A stretch of DNA of 64,000 bases from assembly GCA_045654485.1 (NCBI GenBank), contig JAZONN010000016.1:71484-135483 (forward strand). The letters run 5' to 3'. The stretch is from Candidatus Enterousia sp. (GTDB lineage Bacteria > Pseudomonadota > Alphaproteobacteria > Rs-D84). How positions within the stretch are numbered: position 1 is the stretch's first letter; every line of letters starts with the position of its first letter. Positions 29,487 to 39,018 of the stretch are shown piece by piece. The translations under genes and the position numbers were made by a program. The notes below the pieces were generated by a model. It was not told where the DNA came from, made no database searches, and saw nothing but the letters and a program-made list of their open reading frames with translations.

Positions 29487-30800
29487 TTACAAATTCAACA
29501 AACGATATTTGTTTTCTACACGTGTTTGGATTTCTTGGATTATGTTCATGAAATCGGCCACGGTTGCGTTTTTATTTGTTGAAACAGAATTAAATAATTG
29601 TCCTGATTCTGTTGAAATATCGCCTTCGATACGCACGGCCAGATTTGCCATCCTATTTAATTCCACAAAAGATGCATCGGCAAAATTTGCGGTCTTAGAT
29701 TTTGTGTCCCAATAGAAATTATTTTGCACAGAATCGGCGACTTTATCATATACAACCAACCTTGGTGTCATAGAACCGGAAAATCCAACGGTCACAAACA
29801 TTGCATCAATTCGTCCTGCCGTCATATCCAAAGATTGATTGATGTCTAATATTGCTAAATCGTCTTCGGCTTCGATTGATAATCCCCCCAATGTCAAATT
29901 TGATACCCATAAATTTTCTGCGTTTACCGATACTGTTTTGGCTGTGTCTGCAATTGTTATGGTTCCTGATACGTTAATGTCCTTGGAATCAGATGACATG
30001 CTGCCCGACACGGTTGCGTTGTTGGATGTAAAATTGCTATCGATTGTTGTTCTGTTTTGAAATGTGATGTCACGTACTACGATTTCTTTTGCTGTTATAT
30101 CTTCGGCAAAATCCAATGTGCTAACATTTAAAAATTTAGTGTTAATAATATCGTGGCCACTTAAATTTAGTGCGGTCATCATCTTTGCATCGTCTGGATT
30201 TTTTGTTGGTATACGCCACAGATATAATGCGCTATCACGATTAACGGTTGTTGTTTCGATAATTGCGTTATTTATATCTGTTCCCAAATCAATACTGTCG
30301 GTATGCCAAGCGCCAAAAGAACCGTATGCCCGTGTACCATCAATAAATCCCATTGTTCCCCCAGATAGCCCGACAATCGCACGTGTTCTAAGTGGCGTGA
30401 CATCGTTACCGGTACGCACAACGACGCCTTGTAAACTGGCATTGCCACCGGCGTCGCTTGATTTAACAATGCGCAATTGATACATGTTCTGCATATCTGT
30501 AGTAACGTGTTGTGGTATACCAAAAGGTACAAGGTCGTCAATTTCCACCCGTGTGATATTGCGCCCCACAGGTTTTAATAATGTTTCACGATTGGCAATC
30601 ATATATCTTTCAAGTGCGCCTTGAATTTCGTTCATTTCTTTGGCGATTGCGATATTTTGTGTTCGTTCAATTGCGTTATGCTGATATTTGAAAACAAATG
30701 GAATTACAATGGCCGCCAATGCAACGCTTAACAATAATTCAACCAGCATCCCCCCACGGTTCTGATTTTTATTTCCAAAGATTTTTGTTTTTAATTTCAT
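29487..30800 (-). CDS. PilV-like prepilin/adhesin (3rd of 3)
   Basis: Class III signal NRG|GMLVELLLSVALAAI, then YLWR..., MMTALNLSGHDIIN, as in the R64 PilV N-terminal domain. Confidence 0.65.
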   Translation of the reverse strand: MKLKTKIFGNKNQNRGGMLVELLLSVALAAIVIPFVFKYQHNAIERTQNIAIAKEMNEIQGALERYMIANRETLLKPVGRNITRVEIDDLVPFGIPQHVTTDMQNMYQLRIVKSSDAGGNASLQGVVVRTGNDVTPLRTRAIVGLSGGTMGFIDGTRAYGSFGAWHTDSIDLGTDINNAIIETTTVNRDSALYLWRIPTKNPDDAKMMTALNLSGHDIINTKFLNVSTLDFAEDITAKEIVVRDITFQNRTTIDSNFTSNNATVSGSMSSDSKDINVSGTITIADTAKTVSVNAENLWVSNLTLGGLSIEAEDDLAILDINQSLDMTAGRIDAMFVTVGFSGSMTPRLVVYDKVADSVQNNFYWDTKSKTANFADASFVELNRMANLAVRIEGDISTESGQLFNSVSTNKNATVADFMNIIQEIQTRVENKYRLLNL

Positions 30801-30801
30801 C

Positions 30802-32022
30802 TTAATTTATTGTTGATATTGGTGTTGTTGGTTGTGTTGTACTTTGTTGCCATCCAGATTTTATTAATTCGCCAAACTGTGCTTGATTAATTTTTTGTGG
30901 TATTTTTGCACGTGACAAATTAAATTCTGAAAATGCCGGTGGCTTTGTTGATGGGAAAACCCAATCCCCAATTTTCAATGGCGAAGTTGTCGATACTAAC
31001 AATTCGCCAGAAACGGTTAAGCCAAAGTTTTCATAAAAAATCATTTCATTTGCCGATATGAATGGCGTTAACACCGAATGTGTATTTATGCCTGTGAATC
31101 CGCTTATGGTGCGTGTTGTATCGGATTTTATTACCAAATCATTTGCGACGTTGATTTCTTTGGTAATTGTGGCACGTTCTGTGATGATATTTCCTTGGGT
31201 TGTATGTGTTGTTCCGTTTAAATTGGTTGCATTTATGTTTTTAAATCCCGACATATCACCTATGACACGAATGTTGCTGATGGTTGCATTTGTGCCATCA
31301 ATGTTTGCCCCCGCACCAAAGAACAAGTTTTCAGATGATATATTTGTTGCGTTAATAAATGGTGTTATGATGTTTCGTGCATTTGCCGTATCTGCATCAA
31401 TGGTTGCGACGTTGTATATGTGGTGGCTGGCCATATCTAAATCGCGTTCCATCGTATTCCAATTGTCTTCACCCGATGTCGCCCTGTGCAGGTATTTTGA
31501 CGTATCGTCACCCGATACATTACGTGTCACCCTATAAATTAAATCGCCTGCCATAAAATCTGGTGCGGTAACGGCCCAAGTGTTTCCATATGCCACGCCG
31601 TCTTCACGAACAACTGCGGCATCTCCGCCGATATGGTTTGCGATATTGACGGCCTGCAATTCTTGTTTTGCCACCGGAAAGGCCAAATAGACATCTGTGA
31701 TTGTTGCCCCGTTCACGGCGTATTTATCAATAAATCCGGCCACGGCATCTGTATTAATTTGTACCAAGTCATCTTCAGACATTTGTATTTGTGCGTTGTC
31801 TGGCCATTTGTCTTGGTTCATTCGTACAAAGTTAAGCACATTATCACGTACAGATATTATTTTTTTTGCTGCGGTAACGTCTTTTAATTGTTTGTTTGTG
31901 TTTGATATTTGTGAATACACAAACGGTGTTGCCATGGCAATAATGGCCATCGCCAGCACTACCTCTGTAATACTAGCGCCACGATTTTCATGATTAAAAA
32001 TTCGTGTTTTACATACAGTCAT
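30802..32022 (-). CDS. PilV-like prepilin/adhesin (2nd of 3)
   Basis: NRG|ASITEVVLAMAII, KYLHR..., NTMERDLDMASHHIYN. Confidence 0.65.
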   Translation of the reverse strand: MTVCKTRIFNHENRGASITEVVLAMAIIAMATPFVYSQISNTNKQLKDVTAAKKIISVRDNVLNFVRMNQDKWPDNAQIQMSEDDLVQINTDAVAGFIDKYAVNGATITDVYLAFPVAKQELQAVNIANHIGGDAAVVREDGVAYGNTWAVTAPDFMAGDLIYRVTRNVSGDDTSKYLHRATSGEDNWNTMERDLDMASHHIYNVATIDADTANARNIITPFINATNISSENLFFGAGANIDGTNATISNIRVIGDMSGFKNINATNLNGTTHTTQGNIITERATITKEINVANDLVIKSDTTRTISGFTGINTHSVLTPFISANEMIFYENFGLTVSGELLVSTTSPLKIGDWVFPSTKPPAFSEFNLSRAKIPQKINQAQFGELIKSGWQQSTTQPTTPISTIN

Positions 32023-33364
32023 CTCTTCCCGCCATCAAGCATTGTTTAATATCTATTCTTTTTTCCAATCGTTGCCAGTATACATATTGGCATATCAAAT
32101 ACTGTGACAAAGATTGTTTGTTATATACACCTTCTAATTTTTCTATGATGGATTTGCAATTTACCATTTTGTCATCATCTGCGTCCGGTTTGTCGATGAT
32201 TAAAATTTCGTCATTGTCGATATTGGAAACCAATGCGTCTGGCAACAAAGATGTTCCGGCGGGTCTTATATCTATGATTGTTGCGCCGGATTTTCCATTG
32301 TCTAAACCAACTGATGTTTGGTCACGTAATGTGATGTTTGAAGTATATAGTGTGCCAACCTCTAATCCTGACTTTGCGCTGTATTCCAAGGTTTCGTCAT
32401 CGATATATACATCTTGTCCACGTGTTGCATTTATAAAAGACGAAACGTCCAATCTTTCGACACTAAAATTAATATGGTCGGCGACAACCGCGCCACGTAC
32501 ATTCCAATCGCTTGGGCCGGTAAATGCCGTGTGTCCCGCAACCATAGACATATCGTATGCTGCTGCATTTTTCACGTTTATATTTCCTGAGCCGCCAAAT
32601 TTAGATAATGTTTTTGCGTAGACACCGTTTGTATTTAATGCGCCACGTGTCAATGTTAATGCTGACTCGCCAGATTGACTTTGGAATACGGTTCGTCCGG
32701 CGGTCATATTTTCGATGTTGCTACGTACTTTACGTCCGGCCTCTATACCAATAATGTTCATATTGTTTGCCTCGATACCATCAAAGTTACCACGCACCGC
32801 AAACAGAGTTCCGCCATTATTAATCGAAAAATCCCCCATGTTTAAGTCAGCCAAGAATCCTGCGTTGTCCAAATTTTTTTCATTTCTTCTTACTACGTCT
32901 GAATATATTTCTGCTAATTCAATTCCGACTTTGATTTTTTTATCTTCATGCGTTGCATAGAAGCCAATTCTGCGTGCCAGTTCTGCACGTGTTAATTCGC
33001 TTAATTTTTTATCGGTTAATTCAAGATAAGCCGACACGGAAATTGGCGTTTTGTGAATAATTAATGCGATGTCTTGCCCAAGTGCGGTTTTTGGTATGAA
33101 ACCCAATGGTAATCCGTATGGCTCCAATAGGTCCGAAAAATCATTTCCCGCAACTGTTGTTGTGTCGTATGGGATATTTTGCGCATTTTCTTGGATAAAT
33201 ATACGTGCGGCGGTTTGTGCGACTTCTATCTGATGTGTTGTGCTATACATACGTGCATCGGCACTTTGGTCTGTAATCTGTCGTGCGATAAAAGGCATAA
33301 ATGCAAACACCAGCCCCAATGCCAATAACGCTTGGAATAAAAAGTTTCCACGTGAATTATGCAC
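32009..33364 (-). CDS. PilV-like prepilin/adhesin (1st of 3; Q instead of E at +5)
   Basis: GTG start with AGAGGAG RBS; SRG|NFLFQALLALGLV, LARRIG, FLADLNMGDFSINN; C-terminal Cys cluster. Confidence 0.6.
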   Translation of the reverse strand: MHNSRGNFLFQALLALGLVFAFMPFIARQITDQSADARMYSTTHQIEVAQTAARIFIQENAQNIPYDTTTVAGNDFSDLLEPYGLPLGFIPKTALGQDIALIIHKTPISVSAYLELTDKKLSELTRAELARRIGFYATHEDKKIKVGIELAEIYSDVVRRNEKNLDNAGFLADLNMGDFSINNGGTLFAVRGNFDGIEANNMNIIGIEAGRKVRSNIENMTAGRTVFQSQSGESALTLTRGALNTNGVYAKTLSKFGGSGNINVKNAAAYDMSMVAGHTAFTGPSDWNVRGAVVADHINFSVERLDVSSFINATRGQDVYIDDETLEYSAKSGLEVGTLYTSNITLRDQTSVGLDNGKSGATIIDIRPAGTSLLPDALVSNIDNDEILIIDKPDADDDKMVNCKSIIEKLEGVYNKQSLSQYLICQYVYWQRLEKRIDIKQCLMAGRDDCM

Positions 33365-33535
33365 GAACTCTCCTCTGTATGATATCAGCATAGCAATACA
33401 AAAAAGATATTGCAATCTGTTTTCAGATGTTTTAACATTTGGGTGTGTAAAACATAAAATTATATGGCGGTATCGAACGATTCGGTATGCGTTATGGAAA
33501 GAAATTCCTGATATTTATTAAAATAAAGAACAGAT

Positions 33536-33856
33536 ATGCAAAATAAAAAAAATCAATCCTCGGTCGGACAAATGATTCAACGCTGTCATAAATGGCGTCA
33601 AAAGAGAAAACAATATATTGACCAAGCGCGTCAAACATCGGATGAAATCGAACGTGAACGTCTTTTGCAGGCGGCGGAACATTATGGCCGCATCGTAAAT
33701 GCCGAGCAGGGCAAAATAGATTCAACCCGTGATCCCAAAGATAAAGTCGCCGCCGCCGAAGAGGCGGCCGCCGTCGCTGCGGAAGCTTCTGAAAATGCTG
33801 ATGTGGGCGATGATGAAGATACGGGCTTTCCGGATTTTATTACCAATTTAAAATAA
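33536..33856 (+). CDS. DUF4167-like protein
   Basis: QYIDQARQ..D.IERE..LQAAEHYGRI resembles the alphaproteobacterial KY..LARDA...D.V.AE.Y.QHAEHY.RI pattern; acidic tail. Confidence 0.65.
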   Translation: MQNKKNQSSVGQMIQRCHKWRQKRKQYIDQARQTSDEIERERLLQAAEHYGRIVNAEQGKIDSTRDPKDKVAAAEEAAAVAAEASENADVGDDEDTGFPDFITNLK

Positions 33857-33857
33857 T

Positions 33858-33883
33858 AAAAAACGCACCGTTTGGTGCGTTTT
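33858..33883 (+). terminator. Intrinsic terminator
   Basis: AAAACGCACC-gttt-GGTGCGTTTT. Confidence 0.8.
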
Positions 33884-33939
33884 ATTTGTTGAAATTTAAC
33901 TATTGTTTGCTATGCTGTGAAAAAGGAAAGATTTTAACG

Positions 33940-35505
33940 ATGAATGGCAACTATACTGTATTGGCACGCAAATATCGCAGCCAAGATTTTAAATCATTAA
34001 TCGGCCAAGATGTTTTGGTCAAAACCTTAACAACTGCAATAAATACATCTCGTATTGCACATGCCTATATTTTTACGGGAATTCGTGGTACCGGTAAAAC
34101 AAGTACGGCCCGTATTTTTGCCAAGGCCTTAAACTGTTTGTCGTCGGATGGTGCGACGGCAAATCCGTGCGGGGTATGTGAAAACTGTCGTGCGATTGCG
34201 GCGGGGCAACACATTGATGTTATGGAAATTGACGCCGCATCACATACGGGCGTTGATAATATGCGTGATATTTTGGATGCTGCACAATATCGCCCAACCA
34301 ATGGTCGTTACAAGGTTTATATCATCGACGAAGTCCATATGCTATCAACATCTGCGTTTAATGCTCTGTTAAAAACATTGGAAGAACCGCCTGCGCATGT
34401 AATCTTTATTTTGGCGACCACCGAAATTCGTAAAGTTCCTGTGACTATTTTATCCCGTTGCCAACGTTTTGATTTGGTGCGTGTTCCCGTCGATACGTTA
34501 AAGCAGCATTTTGCATGGATTGCCGAACAAGAGCAGGTTGAATTAACCGATGGTGCAAATGAATTGTTGGCACGTGCGGCGGACGGTTCTGTTCGTGATG
34601 GTTTGTCTTTGTTGGACCAAGCGATTGCCCAAACCGGTGGTCGTGTTGATGAACCTGCGGTATTGGACATGTTAAAACGTGCTGATCGTGGTGTTGTTGT
34701 TGATTTTATGAAAACGGTTTTGTCGGGTGATACGGCGGCCGCTTTGGATAAAGTGGATGTGATTTATAATAATGGCGCCGATTTATCTATGTTGTTAACA
34801 GATATGATGGAATGGGTGCATTGGGCGACACGTATGCATCCGTCTATTAATGCGGGCGATATCACAAATTCACCATATACAAATGACCAGCGTGAACAAA
34901 TCCAAGATATTAATACACGTGTGTCTTTGAATACTCTTTCCCGTATATGGCAGGTTTTGGTTGCGTCTGTTCCTGAAATGCAGGCGACCGGCAATCAGAA
35001 ACAATGTTTTGATATGCTGATTGTTCGTTGTATGCATATTGCCGATATGCCGTCTGTTCCTGAATTATTAAAGCAACAAGAATCCGCCAATCGTGTGCGT
35101 GATGTAAAAAATATTTTTGCCGATAGAATGGCCACGGCTACACCGGCATCATCACAACCTGCACCCCAATATTTAACCATTACATCTGCGTTGGAATTGG
35201 CGACGGAACTGCAAAAATCCAAAGAGATATTGCTGTATTCATATTATAGTGGTAATATCGAAGTCACGCAATTTGCAGACGGCGAAATTAAATTTTTTGA
35301 TCGCAAAGGCGATGCGGACTTTACCCATAAACTATCAACTTGGTTAATGGATAAAACCGGTCGTGCATGGAAATTGGTACGTGAAATGGAATCTGTACAT
35401 GCTCAAACTGTATCTGAACAAAAGCAAGAAGAATTGGTTGCTGATCCGTTGGTGGCAAGTGCGATGAGTTTGTTTGAAAATGCAGAAATCGTGGGGGTAA
35501 AATAA
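33940..35505 (+). CDS. dnaX: DNA polymerase III subunit gamma/tau
   Basis: YTVLARKYRSQDF, GIRGTGKT, PCGVCENC, EIDAAS, IIDEVHMLS, LKTLEEPP, SRCQRF. Confidence 0.97.
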   Translation: MNGNYTVLARKYRSQDFKSLIGQDVLVKTLTTAINTSRIAHAYIFTGIRGTGKTSTARIFAKALNCLSSDGATANPCGVCENCRAIAAGQHIDVMEIDAASHTGVDNMRDILDAAQYRPTNGRYKVYIIDEVHMLSTSAFNALLKTLEEPPAHVIFILATTEIRKVPVTILSRCQRFDLVRVPVDTLKQHFAWIAEQEQVELTDGANELLARAADGSVRDGLSLLDQAIAQTGGRVDEPAVLDMLKRADRGVVVDFMKTVLSGDTAAALDKVDVIYNNGADLSMLLTDMMEWVHWATRMHPSINAGDITNSPYTNDQREQIQDINTRVSLNTLSRIWQVLVASVPEMQATGNQKQCFDMLIVRCMHIADMPSVPELLKQQESANRVRDVKNIFADRMATATPASSQPAPQYLTITSALELATELQKSKEILLYSYYSGNIEVTQFADGEIKFFDRKGDADFTHKLSTWLMDKTGRAWKLVREMESVHAQTVSEQKQEELVADPLVASAMSLFENAEIVGVK

Positions 35506-35963
35506 TGAAATGTGAATCTGGTCGTTCTTTATTAGAGGTTATTGGTGTTTTGGCGATTGCGGGCCTAATGACGGTTGGTGCGTTTTCTGCATATAAAGTT
35601 ATGCGAACAAATCAAACACGCACAATTGCAAATGCGGATTTAACAAAATTGGTTCAGGATACCAAGATTTTGTTTGAGGCCCGTGGTGGATACGATGGTG
35701 TGTCGGTTGATTATTTAATCAAGGCCGGTGCATTAAAAAACAATGCATCGCCGATTGGTGGTGCTGATTGGTCGGTTGTGGCCAGTGCCGATGGTCACAG
35801 TTTTCAGATAAATTTGGTCGATTTGACGTCTAGTGAATGTGAATATTTTGCATCTACTAAACCACAATGGGCAACGGCTGTTTTGATAAATGGATTTGAA
35901 GTCGGGTTAACAAGCGGTTGTTTTGAATCAAACACGAATCAATTGTCGTTCATAGTCGAATGA
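35505..35963 (+). CDS. Type IV pilin, PilS/type IVb-like
   Basis: ESG|RSLLEVIGVLAIAGLM (E5 present), Y.GV..DYLIKAG.L....PIGG, Cys pair (SSEC..SGC). Confidence 0.8.
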   Translation: MKCESGRSLLEVIGVLAIAGLMTVGAFSAYKVMRTNQTRTIANADLTKLVQDTKILFEARGGYDGVSVDYLIKAGALKNNASPIGGADWSVVASADGHSFQINLVDLTSSECEYFASTKPQWATAVLINGFEVGLTSGCFESNTNQLSFIVE

Positions 35964-36640
35964 GTTTTGTAAAATACATTTTATTAATGTTTGTGTGTGT
36001 GCTATGCGCATGTGCACGTTATGTTAGTCCCGAACGTGCCACGTGGCATACGTATCTAAATGGTGCAAGTTTTACCGACATGACCGAAATGTCCCGTGTG
36101 GCCAAGCGTCCTGTGTATTTGGGGGCAGGTGGACGTACCGTATCTTCTGTGGTTGATGCGTCGGATGTGTTGGATTATGGTGACAAGGCAACAAACGACA
36201 ATATGATTGCACGTGAATATATGGCCAAATTGGAATATGATTTATATGATGCTTTGCGAACCCCTGGTGTTTCGGTTCAGCGTGCCGGAACAGATGTGGT
36301 TGTAATATTGGTGCGTGATGCGGTTATGGAATTAAACGTTGGTGAAATATCCGAAGCTGGTGATAAAACATTAAAAACCATTGCGGATATATTGCGTCGT
36401 TATGATGCGACGTTTTTGGAAATTGCGGGTTATACCGATGCGATGCGTGATGCCAAAGCGGCGAATGCATTGTCAATGGATATGGCCCAACGAGTTGGTG
36501 TGCATTTGTCACGTCATGGTATCAATACGGTTCGTATGTTTATTGTTGCGCGTGGTTCTGCACGACCAATTGCGGGGCAAGATGGGGTGGGGCGGTTAAC
36601 GAACAGGCGTTTGGAATTGCGTATTGCGCCGGCAAGATAA
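35960..36640 (+). CDS. OmpA-family protein (putative lipoprotein)
   Basis: Lipobox-like LCAC, IAGYTDA, N..LS..MA..V..HL, GRLTNRRLEL. Confidence 0.85.
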   Translation: MSFVKYILLMFVCVLCACARYVSPERATWHTYLNGASFTDMTEMSRVAKRPVYLGAGGRTVSSVVDASDVLDYGDKATNDNMIAREYMAKLEYDLYDALRTPGVSVQRAGTDVVVILVRDAVMELNVGEISEAGDKTLKTIADILRRYDATFLEIAGYTDAMRDAKAANALSMDMAQRVGVHLSRHGINTVRMFIVARGSARPIAGQDGVGRLTNRRLELRIAPAR

Positions 36641-36706
36641 CTTTCTCTTTCCATTTTTAAAAATAATTGTTATAGTTTCGACATAAACAAACCAAAGGAA
36701 GAAAAA

Positions 36707-37357
36707 ATGGCACAGAAAAAAGAAGTAAAAAACTATAAAAAGACAGGTATTATTGCGGCTGTTGTAATTGCGGTTGCTGTGTTGGGTGCGTGGGGTGTAT
36801 CTGCGTTGAATCGTGGTGGTGCGTCTGTTGCCGAAGCGATGGAAACCGTATCTGCTGATGCTGCATCTGCGGGGGATTTGCGTATTGCGGTTATCCGTAT
36901 GGATGCAATTCAAACAACTGCCGCTGCGTTAAAAGATTTGCGTTCTCAGAAAGAAGCGTACGAATCGAAATTGCGTGATGAATTGGGTAAAAAACAAAAA
37001 GAATTAGAAGAAGAAAAAGCAGAAATTGAAAAATCACAAGATGTTTTGTCTCGTGAAGCGTTACAGCGTCGTGTTGTTGACTATCAAAACAAAGTTACAA
37101 AATTGCAACGTGAATTGACCGAACGTGCGCAGAGCGTTGAAATGTCTTTCCAAAAAGCATTGAATGAAATCCAGGAAAAACATTTGGATCCTGTTATCGA
37201 AGGTATTATTGCTAAAAAACAATTGTCATTGGTGATCGATGGTCGTATGGCCCGCACCGGTGCAGATGTTGAAAATTTGGATATTACAGACGAAGTTATC
37301 AAAGCATTGGATAAAAAAGTATCCAAAGTAAAAATGGATGCACCAAAAGGTTTCTAA
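36707..37357 (+). CDS. skp: OmpH/Skp family periplasmic chaperone
   Basis: IAVIRMD.I, long coiled coil, LVID...DITDEVIKALD. Confidence 0.88.
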   Translation: MAQKKEVKNYKKTGIIAAVVIAVAVLGAWGVSALNRGGASVAEAMETVSADAASAGDLRIAVIRMDAIQTTAAALKDLRSQKEAYESKLRDELGKKQKELEEEKAEIEKSQDVLSREALQRRVVDYQNKVTKLQRELTERAQSVEMSFQKALNEIQEKHLDPVIEGIIAKKQLSLVIDGRMARTGADVENLDITDEVIKALDKKVSKVKMDAPKGF

Positions 37358-37370
37358 AATCTAATGGATA

Positions 37371-37398
37371 AAAAAATCCCCCAAGCGGGGGATTTTTT
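37371..37398. terminator. Bidirectional terminator between convergent skp and the OmpA lipoprotein gene
   Basis: AAAAAATCCCCC-aagc-GGGGGATTTTTT. Confidence 0.9.
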
Positions 37399-37407
37399 AT
37401 TTTTGTT

Positions 37408-38046
37408 TTATTTGTTTGGTATAATTTTAATTTCAACACGTCTGTTTTGTGCACGACCTTCTGCGCTGGCGTTCGAAGCGATTGGGTTTGATGAACCCAT
37501 GCCCATTACTTCGAAGCGTGTTGACTTTACGCCTTGACCTTGTAAATAAGATGCGACGGATTGTGCGCGTTCTTTTGACAGGTTCAAATTGTAATCTGCG
37601 CTACCTGTGCTATCGGTATGTCCCGAAACCATAACGGTTGAATTGCTGTATTTATTCAAAACTTTTGCAACCGAATTTAACACCGCATAGAAAGAAGAGT
37701 TGATATCAGCAGAATCGGTTTTAAATGTAATGTTGCCGGGCATAATTAATCGTATGCTGTCGGCTGTTTCGACGACCTGGACACCGGTTGATGCCAATTC
37801 TGCACGCAATTCAGCTGCCTGTACGTCAAGGTAATAACCAACGCCACCACCCAATGCTGCGCCGGCCAATCCGCCAATTAATGCGCCTTTACTGCTTTGT
37901 GTGCTGCCGATTAATGCGCCTGCACCTGCACCGATTGCGGTACCCCATGTTGATTTAGATGTCTGGGTTTGGCCTGTGTATGGATTGACTGTTGTGCAAC
38001 CTGCTACAACGGCGGTCAATGCCATAACAGAGATGATTTTCTTCAT
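37408..38046 (-). CDS. OmpA-family lipoprotein with glycine zipper (YiaD-like)
   Basis: Lipobox VVAG|C, GTAIGAGAGALIG, GHTDSTG, NLNLSKERAQSV, AQNRRVEI. Confidence 0.93.
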   Translation of the reverse strand: MKKIISVMALTAVVAGCTTVNPYTGQTQTSKSTWGTAIGAGAGALIGSTQSSKGALIGGLAGAALGGGVGYYLDVQAAELRAELASTGVQVVETADSIRLIMPGNITFKTDSADINSSFYAVLNSVAKVLNKYSNSTVMVSGHTDSTGSADYNLNLSKERAQSVASYLQGQGVKSTRFEVMGMGSSNPIASNASAEGRAQNRRVEIKIIPNK

Positions 38047-38108
38047 ATTTTCTCCTTTTATTAAAGTGCGTGTATATTTTAAACCATGAAATTACAAAAC
38101 GCAAAAAT

Positions 38109-38132
38109 AAAAAAACCACCAAATGGTGGTTT
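38109..38132 (-). terminator. Terminator downstream of tRNA-Val
   Basis: AAACCACC-aaat-GGTGGTTT with an A tract on the + strand. Confidence 0.7.
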
Positions 38133-38140
38133 CAAAATCT

Positions 38141-38217
38141 TGGTGGGTGTTGAGGGACTCAAACCCCCGACCCTCTCGGTGTAAACGAGATGCTCTAATC
38201 AACTGAGCTAAACACCC
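38141..38217 (-). tRNA. tRNA-Val (TAC), CCA encoded
   Basis: Reverse complement GGGTGTTTAGCTCAGTTGATTAGAGCATCTCGTTTACACCGAGAGGGTCGGGGGTTTGAGTCCCTCAACACCCACCA; anticodon arm TCTCG-tttacac-CGAGA. Confidence 0.96.
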
Positions 38218-38276
38218 GATTGCCTTAACAGCCCGTTAATAATATACTATTATTTTGTATTTGTCCAGAACTTTTT

Positions 38277-39005
38277 TTAATTGATTAATTTTCCGGTCGC
38301 AATATCGATTTTTTCACGTCCGACAACCAAGTGTTCGCCATTTAATTCTGGTTTTTCTTGTTTGTGTATTTTTGTTTTCCAAACGGCTGTTCCGTCTTTG
38401 TTTCTAATTGCGTATAGGTTGTTATCGGTGGCTGCAACAAAAGTATATTTGTCTGTCACAGTAAAAGGTACACCCACACCAATATTGACACACCATTGTT
38501 TTGCGCCAGATGTTGTGTGCAATTTACAGAATGCGTCACCTAATCCGCCCACAAAAATAGAATTTTTTACTGGTATAATTGGTGCAATAATATCAACCAT
38601 TGGTGTGCCGCCGGTCATATTGCTGGCCTGAAATATATCCGCAATCCAAACGATGCTGCGATTGGTGGGGTTAATTTTTATTACTTCGCCGGTCGTTAGT
38701 CCTGCGTAAATATATTTTCCATCGCAGATTGGTTGTTTTTGTGCCGTGACTGTGTTTTTAGTTGGGAATCCACTAAATATTTTTTTGGCACCGTTGCGTA
38801 TAACGTTTGCATTGTCTTGTGTATATGGACAATTGGTATTGTTGTATACGATTTCTGTGGTTGGTATTTCTGTAATTGTTTGATTGGCAATCTTGACGTT
38901 TGTCGAATCGAATACCGCTGTACGTGTGCCTGGTAATATAGGGTCGTGTTTGTCGCATCCAATCAATGCCAAAGCACACCCCATAAACGCAATTGTTTTA
39001 CGCAT
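38277..39005 (-). CDS. bamB: BamB-like PQQ beta-propeller lipoprotein (short, 242 aa)
   Basis: Lipobox LIG|C, HDPILPGTR, propeller blades (G...K.N...G...W; A.....G...W); follows a YfgM-like gene. Confidence 0.65.
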   Translation of the reverse strand: MRKTIAFMGCALALIGCDKHDPILPGTRTAVFDSTNVKIANQTITEIPTTEIVYNNTNCPYTQDNANVIRNGAKKIFSGFPTKNTVTAQKQPICDGKYIYAGLTTGEVIKINPTNRSIVWIADIFQASNMTGGTPMVDIIAPIIPVKNSIFVGGLGDAFCKLHTTSGAKQWCVNIGVGVPFTVTDKYTFVAATDNNLYAIRNKDGTAVWKTKIHKQEKPELNGEHLVVGREKIDIATGKLIN

Positions 39006-39018
39006 AGTTGTACCTTTG

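Noticed and set aside
29487-33364. Possible shufflon (PilV-like genes)
   Set aside because: No Rci-like tyrosine recombinase, no inverted partial ORFs and no repeated sfx-type sites seen; all three genes are full length and co-oriented
33475-33502. TTATGGAAAGA resembling the XerD arm of a dif site
   Set aside because: The XerC arm position does not resemble the dif consensus
33940-35505. Programmed -1 frameshift in dnaX
   Set aside because: No A-AAA-AAG slippery heptamer with a downstream stem was found
38141-38217. tRNA-Val as an integration site for a prophage or ICE
   Set aside because: No integrase and no duplicated tRNA 3' end; the flanks are envelope housekeeping genes
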